Below, in pieces: positions 38,954 to 50,699 of a DNA stretch of 64,000 nt (the first letter of the stretch is position 1; every line of letters begins with the position of its first letter). The stretch spans positions 1,178,001 to 1,242,000 of the forward strand of contig OZ176053.1 in the NCBI GenBank assembly GCA_964247055.1, written 5' to 3'. Origin of the DNA: Paragordius varius. Taxonomy: Eukaryota; Animalia; Nematomorpha. The notes under the pieces are model-generated. The model did no database searches, was not told where the DNA came from, and saw only the letters and a list, made by a program, of their open reading frames with translations. Made by a program: the position numbers and the translations under genes.

Positions 38954-40914
38954 CAGTCATGTCTATATAGAATTGTCTTTTTTTTTTATTTAAATGATTA
39001 TAATTTTTTTTTAATTGTTTTGATGTTTGATATGTCAACTTTCAACATGCGCATTTTTAAGCCTTAAAATAATAGTAGCCTATTTATTGTAAGAATTTTT
39101 AATTTATAATTAAAAGATATTGCAAAATATTATTCTTGATGCACAACATGCGCATATTGTAATTTTTATCTTTTGTAAAATATTAATTATAAAATTTTAT
39201 TAATAAAGTTTAAACACACATAACCAAAATATAATTTAAAAGATAAAAATATTTATTGATTATAATATTTAAATAAATTTATAATTGTTTTCATTTTCTA
39301 GGGGTTTTCTTTGCATACATTCCAACAAAATATGTGAAGAAAAATTATAATAATTTTTTAGATTTTTTTCCCTTCTTTCTTCGCAAAGTCTTGCAATTTT
39401 ATTATGTTGCTCTAGAGGGGTACTACACCGGGGTTTTTTATCATATTGATGTTTAATCTCATGAAAAAAACATTCAATGGGATTCAGTTGTGGCGAATAT
39501 GGAGGTAAATAAACTATTTTATTCCTTAGGTCACCTAACGCCGCGGCTTTGTGAATAGGTGCATTATCGCAAACTATTATTGAACTTTCAGGAATTCTTG
39601 TTAAACATTCCGTCAAAAAAATTCGAAAATCATCGCCTCTAAAGGCGCCTTCTTTTGTTCTGTAATTAATAACTCCCTGACAACCAATCATACATATCAA
39701 TGAAACATTTTTTCCTAAAATAAATTCAAATTTTACCTTTGTTAAATCCCTCTACAATAGGAGATTTGCCCTTTGGAGCTCTACCCCATATATTTGTAAG
39801 TTTCAAACTGAAGCCTGACTCATCAATAAAAAAAACTTTTTCCTGTGGAATATCTTTCACCAATCTGGCATAATTATAACGCTTTTCTATATTCTCTGGG
39901 GTGTTTCGTTCCCGAGGTTGTAAAATACACCTCTTTCGAGTAATTTCTGAATCCGAGAGAATTTTGTAAATAGTTGCTCTGCATACTTTAATATGGTCTG
40001 GTATTTGTTCCATTATTTCATCGATTGTTAATTCACAATCATTGTTTATTAATCTTTTGACAGCATCTATTATTTCTGGATTTCTGAATTTGTTACGCCG
40101 ACCAGATTTATTTCTATCAGTAGAATTCCCAAGAATTATTTTTCTTCTTAATATATTTATAGATGTTAAGGACATATCAAAATAATCCAAAAAATAATTT
40201 GAGGGTTTTTCCAAATTTTTGGGATCAAAAAATAATTTTTTAGCTCTATCTATTTTTTCCTTATTCCAAAAATTATGTTCTAAAATTTAAAAATATTAAT
40301 ACTTTTATGTTTTATTTTTTCACGAGATAATTCATTTTCATTCAATGGAACATCCAAATCAGATACTACGAATTGTTATTTTTAAATACTTGAAGACTCT
40401 TCACTTGTATCCGATTCAAAAGTATAAACTGAGGGAGCTATGTTTTCCTTTAATATTGGATTTTGATCTGAATTTTTATTTTTTAATATAAACCTTCAAG
40501 TACACTAGCTGCCGAGCAAAGAAGAAATAATGGGTTATCGTTGATATTCATAATTTTTTAAAATAACTCTAGATTTATGATTTATTTCTTTATATATATA
40601 GAGATTAAATGGACATCTGCTTGGGTTTTCTTATATATTTTAAGTGCATGTTAAAAACCCCTAGAAAATGAAAACATATATTAAACTTGGTTATCATAAA
40701 TTACATGCGCATGTTGTAGATAAAATGTTCAAGAATAATATTTTGCAACATCTTTTAATTATAAATTAAAAATTCTTACACTAAATAGGCTATTATTATT
40801 TTAAGGCTTAAAAATGCGCATGTTGAAAGTTGACATATCAAACATCAAAACAATTAAAAAAAAATTATAATCATTTAAATAAAAAAAAAAGACAATTCTA
40901 TATAGACATGACTG
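38954..40914 (-). mobile_element. IS630-Tc1-mariner transposon (1961 bp) with ~200-bp TIRs, inserted at TA in the minisatellite
   Basis: TA|CAGTCATGTCTATATAGAATTGTC ... GACAATTCTATATAGACATGACTG|TA. About three mismatches over ~190 bp; two CAACATGCGCAT direct repeats per TIR. Confidence 0.96.
39269..40551 (-). CDS. IS630/Tc1-family DDE transposase, 5 exons, 395 aa after splicing four micro-introns
   Basis: Exons 40551-40494, 40467-40390, 40365-40303, 40279-39737 and 39714-39269 total 1188 nt with no internal stop. Motifs: VCRATIYK (HTH), FIDESGF, WGRAPKG, GKNVSLI, CDNAPIH, LPPYSPQLNPIE. Confidence 0.9.
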
Positions 40915-41499
40915 TAAAGCAACTGATTAATTAAAAAACTGATTAATTTTACAACTGACTAATTTAAAAAACTGATTAAATTACTGATTAATTAAAACAA
41001 CTGATTATTTAAAACAATTGATATTCAAAACAACTGATTAAAAAGATTAAAACAACTGATTAATAAAAACAACTGATTTAACTGTATAAATACAAATGTT
41101 TAATAAAAATAACTGAATAAAAACCACTGTTTAAACAATAGATTGATAAAAAATAAAAATATTAATAGAAAACGCTTGGGTTTTTAAAAACTGATTAAAA
41201 AAATACAAATAATAATTACCAAAATCCGATATCCAATATTTACTATCAGTTTTTGCGCAAATAAATCAGGCAACCAACATATTCTAAAATAAAAAAGAAA
41301 ATATATTAAAATAAAATTAAAAAAAAATGCATTTATATATAATGTAATTTATAAATAAACAGTTGGCATACTTTTGAATTTTAAAATTTTGTTTTTACAG
41401 AATAAGAAATTTTAGCGCTTTAATAAGAATTTTACTGCCTTTTTAAAAATTATTTAAATAGCGCTTTTAAGAGAAGTTACAGGTTACTTCAAAGAGTTT

Positions 41500-43000
41500 T
41501 TGCGTTTTAAAAAGGGTTTTTGCGGTTTTAAGAGTTTTTGCGTTTTAAAAAGGGTTTTTGCGGTTTTAAAAGAGTTTTTGCGGTTTTAAAAGAGTTTTTG
41601 CGGTTTTAAAAGAATTCTTACGGTTCAAAAAGAATTCTTACGGTTCAAAAAGAATTCTTACGGTTCAAAAAGAATTTTTAGGGTTTAAAAAGAGTTTTTA
41701 GGGTTTAAAAAGAGTTTTTAGGGTTTAAAAAGAGTTTTTGCGTTTTAAAAAGGGTTTTTGCGGTTTTAAGAGTTTTTGCGTTTTAAAAAGGGTTTTTGCG
41801 GTTTTAAGAGTTTTTGCGTTTTAAAAAGGGTTTTTGCGGTTTTAAAAGAGTTTTTGCGGTTTTAAAAGAGTTTTTGCGGTTTTAAAAGAGTTTTTGCGGT
41901 TTTAAAAGAGTTTTTGCGGTTTTAAAAGAATTCTTACGGTTCAAAAAGAATTCTTACGGTTTTAAAAGAATTCTTACGGTTCAAAAAGAATTCTTACGGT
42001 TCAAAAAGAATTCTTACGGTTTAAAAGAGTTTTTACTGTTTAAAAGGATTTTTACGGTTTAAAAGGATTTTTACGGTTCAAAAAGAATTCTTACGGTTCA
42101 AAAAGAATTCTTACGGTTTAAAAAGAATTCTTACGGTTCAAAAAGAATTCTTACGGTTCAAAAAGAGTTTTTAGGGTTTAAAAGAGTTTTTACTGTTTAA
42201 AAAGAGTTTTTACTGTTTAAAAGGATTTTTACGGTTTAAAAGGATTTTTACGGTTCAAAAAGAATTTTTACGGTTTAAAAGGATTTTTACGGTTAAAAAA
42301 GAATTTTTACGGTTAAAAAAGAGTTCTTACGGTTTAAAAAGAGTTTTTACGGTTTTAAAAGAGTTTTTACGCTTTCAAAAAAAAATTTTAAGAGTTCAAA
42401 AAGAGTTTTTAGAGTTCAAAAAGAGTTTTAAGAGTTCAAAAAGAGTTTTAAGAGTTCAAAAAGAGTTTTAAGAGTTCAAAAAGAGTTTTTAGAGTTCAAA
42501 AAGAGTTTTTAGAGTTCAAAAAGAGTTTTTAGAGTTCAAAAAGAGTTTTTAGAGTTCAAAAAGAGTTTTTAGAGTTTTTTACGGTTTTAAGAGTTTTTTT
42601 ACGGTTTTAAAAGAGTTTTTAGGGTTTAAAAAGAGTTTTTAGGGTTTAAAAAGAGTTTTTGCGGTTTTAAAAGAGTTTTTGCGGTTTTAAAAGAGTTTTT
42701 GCGGTTTTAAAAGTGTTTTTGCGGTTTTAAAAGAGTTTTTGCGGTTTTAAAACAGATTTTAGGGTTTTAAAGTTTTTACGGTTTATTAGGGTTTTAAAAC
42801 AATTTTTAGGGTTTTAAAACAGTTTTTACGCTTTCAAAAAAAAATTTTAAGAGTTCAAAAAGAGTATTTAGAGTTTTTTTACGGTTTTAAAAGAGTTTTT
42901 GCGGTTTTAAAAGAGTTTTTGCAGTTTTAAAAGAGTTTTTACGGTTTAAAAAGAGTTTTTACGGTTTTACAATTTACGGTTTTAAAAGAGTTTTTATAGT
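41500..43000. repeat. 20-bp minisatellite (AAAAGAGTTTTTGCGGTTTT and variants AAAAGAATTCTTACGGTTCA, AAAAAGAGTTTTAAGAGTTC)
   Basis: Roughly 70 tandem units arranged in homogenised sub-blocks. Confidence 0.95.
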
Positions 43001-44309
43001 TTTACGAGTTTTTACAGTTTTTGAAGAATTTTAGACAGTTAGGAATTTTAGCAAAAATTTTAGCAGTTTTTAGATAATTTTAGCAATTAAAAATTTTAGA
43101 GGTTTTTAGATAATTTTATGCGTTTAAAAAAAATTTATAGATTTTTGAATGATCTTAGAAGTGTTAAAAGATTTTGTGAGGTTTTAATAGAATTTAAGCA
43201 GTTTTTAAAAAATTCAACCAGTAATTTTGGCACTTTTTTAGAAAATTTTAGCAGTTTCTAAATAATTTAAACAGTTTTTAATAGTTTTAAGCGTTTAAAA
43301 AAAAATTTAAAAAATTTAAGAGGTTTTTAAATAATATTAGAAGCAGTTTAAAAATTTTAATAAATTTTAGACTTTTTAAATAATTTTACAAGTGTTAAAA
43401 ATTTTTTTTGAGGTTTTAAAAGAATTTAAGCAGTTTTTAAAGAGTTTGAGTTTTTAGAGAATTTTAGCAGCTTTTTAGATAATTTTAATAGTTTTCAAAT
43501 AATATTAGCAGTTGATAATTTTAAGCGTTTAAAAGAATTTTTGAGGTTTTAAAAGAATTTTAGAGTTTTTAACTAATCTTAGAAGCAGTTTATATAATTT
43601 GTGCGTTTTTAGATATTTTAAGAAGTGTTAAAAAAAATTTGAGGTTTTAATCGTTAGCTGATTTTAAAAAATTTTGATAGTTTTTAGAGAGTTATCCCGT
43701 TTTTAAAGAATTATAGCAGTTTTTAAAATATTTTTTATATAATATTGGCCTTTTTAAAGAATATTAAAATTTTTTACCTCTTTTAGAAACTTTAATTTTA
43801 CATTTTAAATATAAAAAAACTGCGCTTTTTTTACGAAACATACCGCTTTTTAAGTATTCACAAGAAATATTAGCCCAATTTAAGAAAACTTTAAGAAATT
43901 TTACTCTTTTTAAGTGAGCGCTTTAAAAATTTTAAGGAACATACCGCTTTTTTAATATATCACAAGAAATATTACCGCTATAAACCATTAAGAAGTTTTA
44001 ATGTTTTCTCAATACCGCTTTTTATTATTTTTTATTGAAAAATTTTAGTAAATTTTTAAGGTTTTTAGAACTTTAAATGCGTGTTTGAATACTATATTTT
44101 ACAATGTGAAATATTTAGGAATCAAAAAACGAATTTTGCAAATTGGTGATATTTTAGATATAAAAATTCATCTCATATATTTGAATGTAAACATATTTTA
44201 TACACACTTATTCCATATTTAGTTAAAAATATTTTATATTTAAACAACTAATTAAATAAGTAATAAATTTATTTTATTCAACACGCATGCACCATAATTA
44301 AAAAATATA

Positions 44310-44960
44310 AACAAGTTATTCAAGAACAGGAGACCAACATTGTAGCAATTATAATTTAATAAATAGACATTTATTTAATTCTTTATTAGAATATCTGCAT
44401 TGAATTAATAATATTTGCCAGGTTTTTATTAAATTTTAACATAAAGAAATTATACGAATTAATAATATGTGCTAGCTTTTTATTAAATTTTAACGTAAAA
44501 AATTATACGACTCAAACTAAATAGAAACATATGTTAAACTTTTTGTGTTGATTTCCTTTGACAGAAAAATAAATATTCAAGATCAAGAGAGCCATTAATA
44601 ATTTGTAACAATATATAATTTAAACATTTATTTAATTTTATTAGTGCATTGAATTACTAATATTTGCCAGGTGTTTATTAAATTTTAACATAAAGAAAAT
44701 ATACGACAAACTAAATTGTAACATATGTTAAACTTTTTGTGCTGATTTCCTTTAACACAAAAATAAATATTCAAGAACAAGAGGCCTATTCATACTTTCT
44801 AGCAATATATAATGTAATAGACATTTATTTGATTCTAATTAGAATATTTGCATTGAATTGAAAAATATTTGCTAGCTTTTTATCAAATTTAACATAAAAA
44901 TAATTATACGACTCAAACTAAATAGAAACATATGTTGAACTTTTTGTGTTGATTTCCTTT
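44310..44960. repeat. Three diverged tandem units of ~200-260 bp
   Basis: CAAGA(A/T)CA(G/A)GAG...GCATTGAATT...TATTTGC(C/T)AG...ATACGAC...CATATGTT(A/G)AACTTTTTGTG(T/C)TGATTTCCTTT repeats at ~44320, 44578 and 44772. Confidence 0.85.
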
Positions 44961-45079
44961 AAAAATGTAAAATTTAACTAGACGAAAAAGGTTAGAAATA
45001 CAACATTAAATAAGCCATTTATTCCAAAATATTATTAATTCTAGGGTTCAAAATTTACAAGAGATAAAATTATCGGCCA

Positions 45080-45545
45080 AAAGCAAGAAAAGATCAAAAA
45101 AATCTTGCATTAACTTTAAAATCCAATCAATAATAGTGCTTTCTACTGTGATTCAAACAGTACCTTAAAGCAATTATAACAATCTATGTTAATAGACAAA
45201 ACATGCAAAACTTACCATTGATTAGGTTAAATTGTTATAGTTTTGCATTTCGGTTGCTCCTCAACATGTAATTCACAAATCATTGTTCATTGTTTACGAT
45301 ATCGGTTTAAGGTAAAACTATAAATTAAAAATTTTTTTTACCTTAAATGGGTAGATATATTATTGGTTATCCTTTGGATTTCCAGGATTTAATAGTGTGT
45401 CTTTATTGAACATTTGTTTCGTCTAAATAATTAATTAAATTTAATATAATTACCATAATAAAATAATCCATGTTAGCAACAATACATTGTGCATAGTCGG
45501 GATAAAAGATATAGGAAGAGGAGTTAAAATCATTCTATCCATAAA
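45080..45545 (-). pseudogene. Possible decayed spliced gene or lncRNA fragment
   Basis: Three successive canonical short GT-AG segments (31, 23 and 32 nt) separate GC-richer blocks, but all frames contain stops. Confidence 0.3.
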
Positions 45546-46738
45546 ATGTAATTTACAAAAAAAATTTAAATTAATAAAATAAATATATTTTTTATCGTTT
45601 ATATAGGGGGGAAAGCACACGTGTGTGTGCTCACCCAATCAAATTAATGTGCGCATTGCGCCTTTTCTCTCCCCTTCTAGAAAAATAGTGCACACGTATT
45701 TATTCCCTCTCTTATTTGTTTACTAATATGTTGCGCAACATTTTACCTCCCATGAACGCGCACGTGCTATTTTTTACTTCTTATTTAGCATGATGCAATT
45801 ATATAATGGAAAAAAATAAATAAAATTAATTAAATAAGTAAGTAAATAATTTGAAAATATTTTAAAATCCAAATATATATCTATATTTTAGGTTATGTTT
45901 GATTAAATATTCCTAATATTTATTAATGATATATTAGTTAATTAGTACTTAATATGTTGAGCTTTAAGATATCATAAAAATAATTTAGAAAAACATATTT
46001 ATTCCTAATTCTATATATATTTATCTAATCTTTATATTTATAAATGTGTGTAAATTTCATTGGTAGTATATGTCATATACGGGATTAATTAAGTTAACCA
46101 CAATCAAATTAGTTTTTTTTGAATTAAATATTATAAAAATTATATATAAATATATATAAAAGTTTGCCTTTTAACCTGCACAAATTATTGTGGATTAATT
46201 GAAAATTATATATGATTTATCAGGCTATTATTTCATTTCAATTTGGTTTTATAAGGATTAAAAACTGTCTAGGGAAACTAGTTATAATAGCACAAAATAA
46301 GTTATACATATTAATATTGTTTTAATATTATAAGCCAAAGGTTGACATTTTTCTCATTATAAATGATTCAATCAAATATTGTAGCAGCATATAATTTATA
46401 AGTTAAATATCTTTTAATACTATATTGAATTTAGTAATCCAATTAATCAGATATTTCTCAATTTTATCAATTATTAATTAGGAATATGAAAGTCAAACCA
46501 ACTCTGAAGTACTATCTAACTTTTTTCTTATGAAAAAGCTGGGTAGGAAAAATGCAATATTGTTGGGTAGTTTTATTATTAACTCTGGCACGAATTAATA
46601 TTAATTTCAGTAGTTTTCGAAAACAGCTAATTAATATTCTTATTTGGATATCTCTTTCAACTAGAGCATTTTTTATTATACTTTAAAATTGCAAAACCAA
46701 CACAAATGTTTTAATTACTTTAATACAGAATAAATTTT

Positions 46739-46846
46739 AGGGTTTTCGAGTTTGTGGGCTAGGGTTAGGGTGAGGGATTGGAGTTGGTTCTTTTTCTTAA
46801 AGAAGTCCGCAGGACTTCCTCGGGCTGCGAAGCAGGCCGAGACCCA
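46739..46846 (+). repeat. Dispersed ~110-nt G-quadruplex plus double-hairpin element
   Basis: GGGCTAGGGTTAGGGTGAGGG followed by GAAGTCC-GCA-GGACTTC and CTCGGGCTGC-GAA-GCAGGCCGAG. Copies at 47548-47649 (+), 61097-61203 (-) and a degenerate one at ~48293-48395. Confidence 0.85.
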
Positions 46847-49262
46847 CGCATTTATTTTTAAAATATTTTTCTCTAAAAAATATATATTTACGAAACTTTA
46901 TTTTATATTATCAATATGTGAAAAGATATTAATATTGGATAGATACTATAATAACTCTCGTCTAAAGTAAATGATACCTAAGTTAAAATTATTTTTTAAC
47001 TAACAATTATAGATATGTGCTAGTTTCATTAATGAAGATCAATGGATAAAAAATATCTTAGCTGTAAATTATCCTATCCTTAACATTTAACAGGCATATT
47101 TATTTATTTTTTATCAGTTTTATATATGAATGTTATTCAGTAATATACTAAATTAATTTTTTACTATCTACTTAATGTGTGATTAATGCTCAAAGATAAT
47201 TATAATACTTATAAATTAGTATGTATATTCCAAATTAGGCCTTTCTAACAATTTCTACATTTATTGTTAAAGTAAAAACTTATTATAACTTAAACATATA
47301 TATGGCATACTTTTATACTTTAAATTTAATAAATGGGCATATTTTAAAGTAAACATCAAAAGTTATTAACAATTAAAATTTAAGATAATATCTATGTTAA
47401 TAGACTATCAATTCAATGCTAATTTTAGATTTAAACAATCTAGTATTTAATTTATATATAGTGTTTATAACTAATATATCCCAATATTAAAAAATAAAAA
47501 GAACTTCGATGATATCGTAGAATTAAATGCAAGTTATAAGTACTTTAAGGTTTTCGAGTTTGTGGGCTAGGGTTAGGGTGTGGAGTTGGTTCATTTTCTT
47601 AAAGAACTTCGCAGGACTTCCTCGGGCTGCGAAGCAGGCTGAGACCCACACTTTTTGTTAAATTTAAGATTGTTAATACAAAATTGCGCTGATAGATGAG
47701 CATTGGTTATTATTTTAGCGTGGTTATGTAATATGTAATAAATCCTATATTGATATTATAAACTCTGATAAATTATATTTTATGTTAGAAATTATTGTTA
47801 GCTAAATTTCGGTATGTTACAGTTTTTTGTCATTGACTTTATATACCATCGCATCTAAAATATATATTTAATAAAAGGATATAGTAAATGACCAATACAC
47901 CAATTAAACCATTTATGATTTTAAATTGGAAAATACGTATAAATAAAATAAAGGTATAATAAATTTAAACCCTTATTATATAAGTATATACCGATTAAAA
48001 TGTAAAAAATATTTATCAATTAATAATATACAATATCCTATATTTATTACCTTTTATTATAATCAACCATAAAAATTTATTTTAATTTTCTTAAAACTCC
48101 TCTTTGCCAAAAACTAATATTACGATTCTACAATGTTTGATTATTTAACTTAATTAAATATATATAAATATACAGGAAATATACAAAAGTACAATAAGAT
48201 CACCTATAAATTTGATTTTTATATAAATATTGCTCAATAAAATAAATTTAGCAATATATAAATTGATAAAAAATTTATGAAAGTATAGTTAAAGATTTCG
48301 AGGGAGATGGTTGAGGCGTATGTTGAGAGATTAGAAATGGTTCGTTTTCTTAAGATGTCCGCACATTGCCTTATGGCACGCTTTCTGTCCACAAATTATT
48401 TCTAAAAATTTCAGTCTTGCTTTTATTTACAAAATCCTAAATATCTGGATTCCGGATCGAAAAGTGCTTTTGTAAGCTGGTATTATACAGTCGAAGATAT
48501 AAAAAAGCAATCAATAACACAAATATATTTTTATATATAGTGCCTACGATTTTTGCCAAAAAAATATATATTTTTTTTAAGTATTGGCTTACAAATCAGG
48601 TTAAATATACCCAAATTATTAATTACTATGTTTATAGCCTTGGATTTAATTGTGCCCTTTATCATAGAGAGGTTATGCTAAATTAATTTTACAAAATTAA
48701 TAAGGTGATAATATTTAAAATTAGAACACAATATGAAAAAATATACGCATGCTGAATTTTCCATTTCTACTATATTTGGTTATTTTAAAAATATATACAT
48801 TTTTAGTTTTAATCAAGAAGCGAGATACTCTAAACTGTTTTTTATTGACATAATCAACTATCATACTCACTCACTTTGCCGATAAAACTATGCTTTCGCT
48901 TAAATTAATTCATTCAAAAAACATCCATATATTAACTTATTTCGTTTATATCAGGCGAAATCCACACATGCATAAATTCAAAAATTTTCTATGCAAGCCA
49001 CACTTCTTTTTGACAATCACATTTTCTAGCTAAATTTTAAATTACATCTCATTGATCTATCAATAATTCCTAAATATTAACGAACGAACATTTATATTTA
49101 TGAAAAATTCCAATTTGTATAATGATAAGGAAAATAAAAGAAGATTGGTAATCATTATTCCTATATTTATAAAATTAAAAAAATAACTTTATGAACATAT
49201 ATAATAACTAATTCGTTTCTTCACAATGTTCAAATTTTTTCATTGCTTGTTTAAATTTTATT

Positions 49263-49900
49263 ATGAACTTACCGCAAAAGTATACTAATTATAATTTTTT
49301 GCTAGTATTAGTCCTGATTGATGTTAAGGATGTCGAAATTTATCCAGACAAAGTGGAAAAACCCATATTGGGTGAGGAAATGAACCGATCAGCTTATATA
49401 ACACTTCACAATACTTATCCGATTGATGAATCAAACCAATTAAAGTATTGTTTATTAAATATTAACAGTAAAAATCATAAAAACTTATATAAATTACAAA
49501 AAAATGACTATGGTTTTGGTAGGAAAACCATATTTTTTGACCAGTTGCACAATAAGAATTTTAAATTTAACACACAACCCTCAATTTAACTCTGGTCAAT
49601 TGTATGTATGTAAAAAAAAATTAAAAAATAAAACGAAAATATTACATTTCTATTACTTTATACTATATATATATATATATATTAGTCGTTATCAATCACT
49701 ATATCCAAAATTAACGGTGCCAGACTCAGTCTTTTCAGTAGATTCGACTGATTCAAATCCGCTCTTCTCATCTTTCCATCAAGACAGCAATGAAATTCAA
49801 GAAAATATTGATAATCGGGATTTGTCTTTTATATCGACAATTTATCTGGACACCTTCTGGTATATTATTATATATGAAGAATATTTTTACTTTACTGTGT
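49263..49900 (+). pseudogene. NUP98: NUP98 autopeptidase (peptidase S59) domain fragment; exon structure unresolved, apparently frameshifted
   Basis: LIDVKDVEIYPDKVEKPILGEEMNRSAYITLHNTYPID matches the Nup98 pattern KEV.VYPDD..KPP.G.GLN..A.VTL..VWP.D. A 24-nt GT-AG segment lies at 49445-49468; no HFS motif or FG repeats seen. Confidence 0.6.
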
Positions 49901-50049
49901 AAATATTGGAGTTTTTTCAAATTTTCATTACTGGGGCTTCCCCAGTTAAAAAAGTTAGTCAATTTAGTTCAAACGAAAAATCGAATTATGCACATATTAG
50001 AAAGATTTTGATGTTTAAAACCAAATTACTTTATTATTTTATATATATG

Positions 50050-50341
50050 CAATAAAAACTGAAATCATACGGACAAAATGTAAAAATATAAAGACAAATA
50101 TTTTTTTCTAAAAGAAACCCATACTTTTTAAATCTTGACTTATTTCAATTTAAATTTATTGTTTTAATAAGGCAAAGTGTGAAACATATATATTACTATC
50201 ACAATCAATTGTATATTTTTTTACAATGGTAAAATAACTTATATGGGAGACATTAAGATTCTAATAAGTATAGTTGTTTTTAGATAACTATATTTGTCTT
50301 TATATTTTACCGTTTTGTCCGTAAAATATTAATTTTCACTG
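50050..50341. mobile_element. MITE family A, present only in duplication copy 2
   Basis: Full TIR structure; the equivalent position in copy 1 (~25180) lacks it. Confidence 0.82.
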
Positions 50342-50457
50342 TAATATAAAATTGATCATTTTCATGTAACCAAGTTTATTTATTAAACTTAATTCTGTTA
50401 GGAGCTATGGTCAGCTTTTTCTAACTGCTCTTTAATTTTATTTTTCCTCTAAAATAG

Positions 50458-50629
50458 AACAGAAATGATAAGCAGCCACAATTCTGTGCGTGACATGGAA
50501 AACGAATTGAAGATAAACGAAGATGACTCATGGGCCAAATTGCGCATCGTTTTGTACAAAATGTTGGTTGATCTTATGCTTTACAACGATGTCCTAACCT
50601 ATTTCCAATCTACATATCATATTTATTAA
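50458..50629 (+). CDS. Terminal exon of unidentified convergent gene, copy 2
   Basis: Same ~56-aa frame as 25298-25469; stop lies ~70 bp from the FANCD2 stop. Confidence 0.6.
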
Positions 50630-50699
50630 TTTACGCGTTTATATTTGCAAGAAAATAAATATAATCTTGGGATTGATTTGCACAAAAATGCGGTATATA

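Noticed and set aside
39269-40551. Horizontal transfer of the transposon from a tiny-intron protist or microsporidian
   Set aside because: Not needed to explain the introns: the host FANCD2 has introns of the same 20-28 nt class.
46739-46846. Hammerhead ribozyme or tRNA-derived SINE identity for the hairpin element
   Set aside because: No CTGATGA core, cloverleaf or A/B box is visible on either strand.
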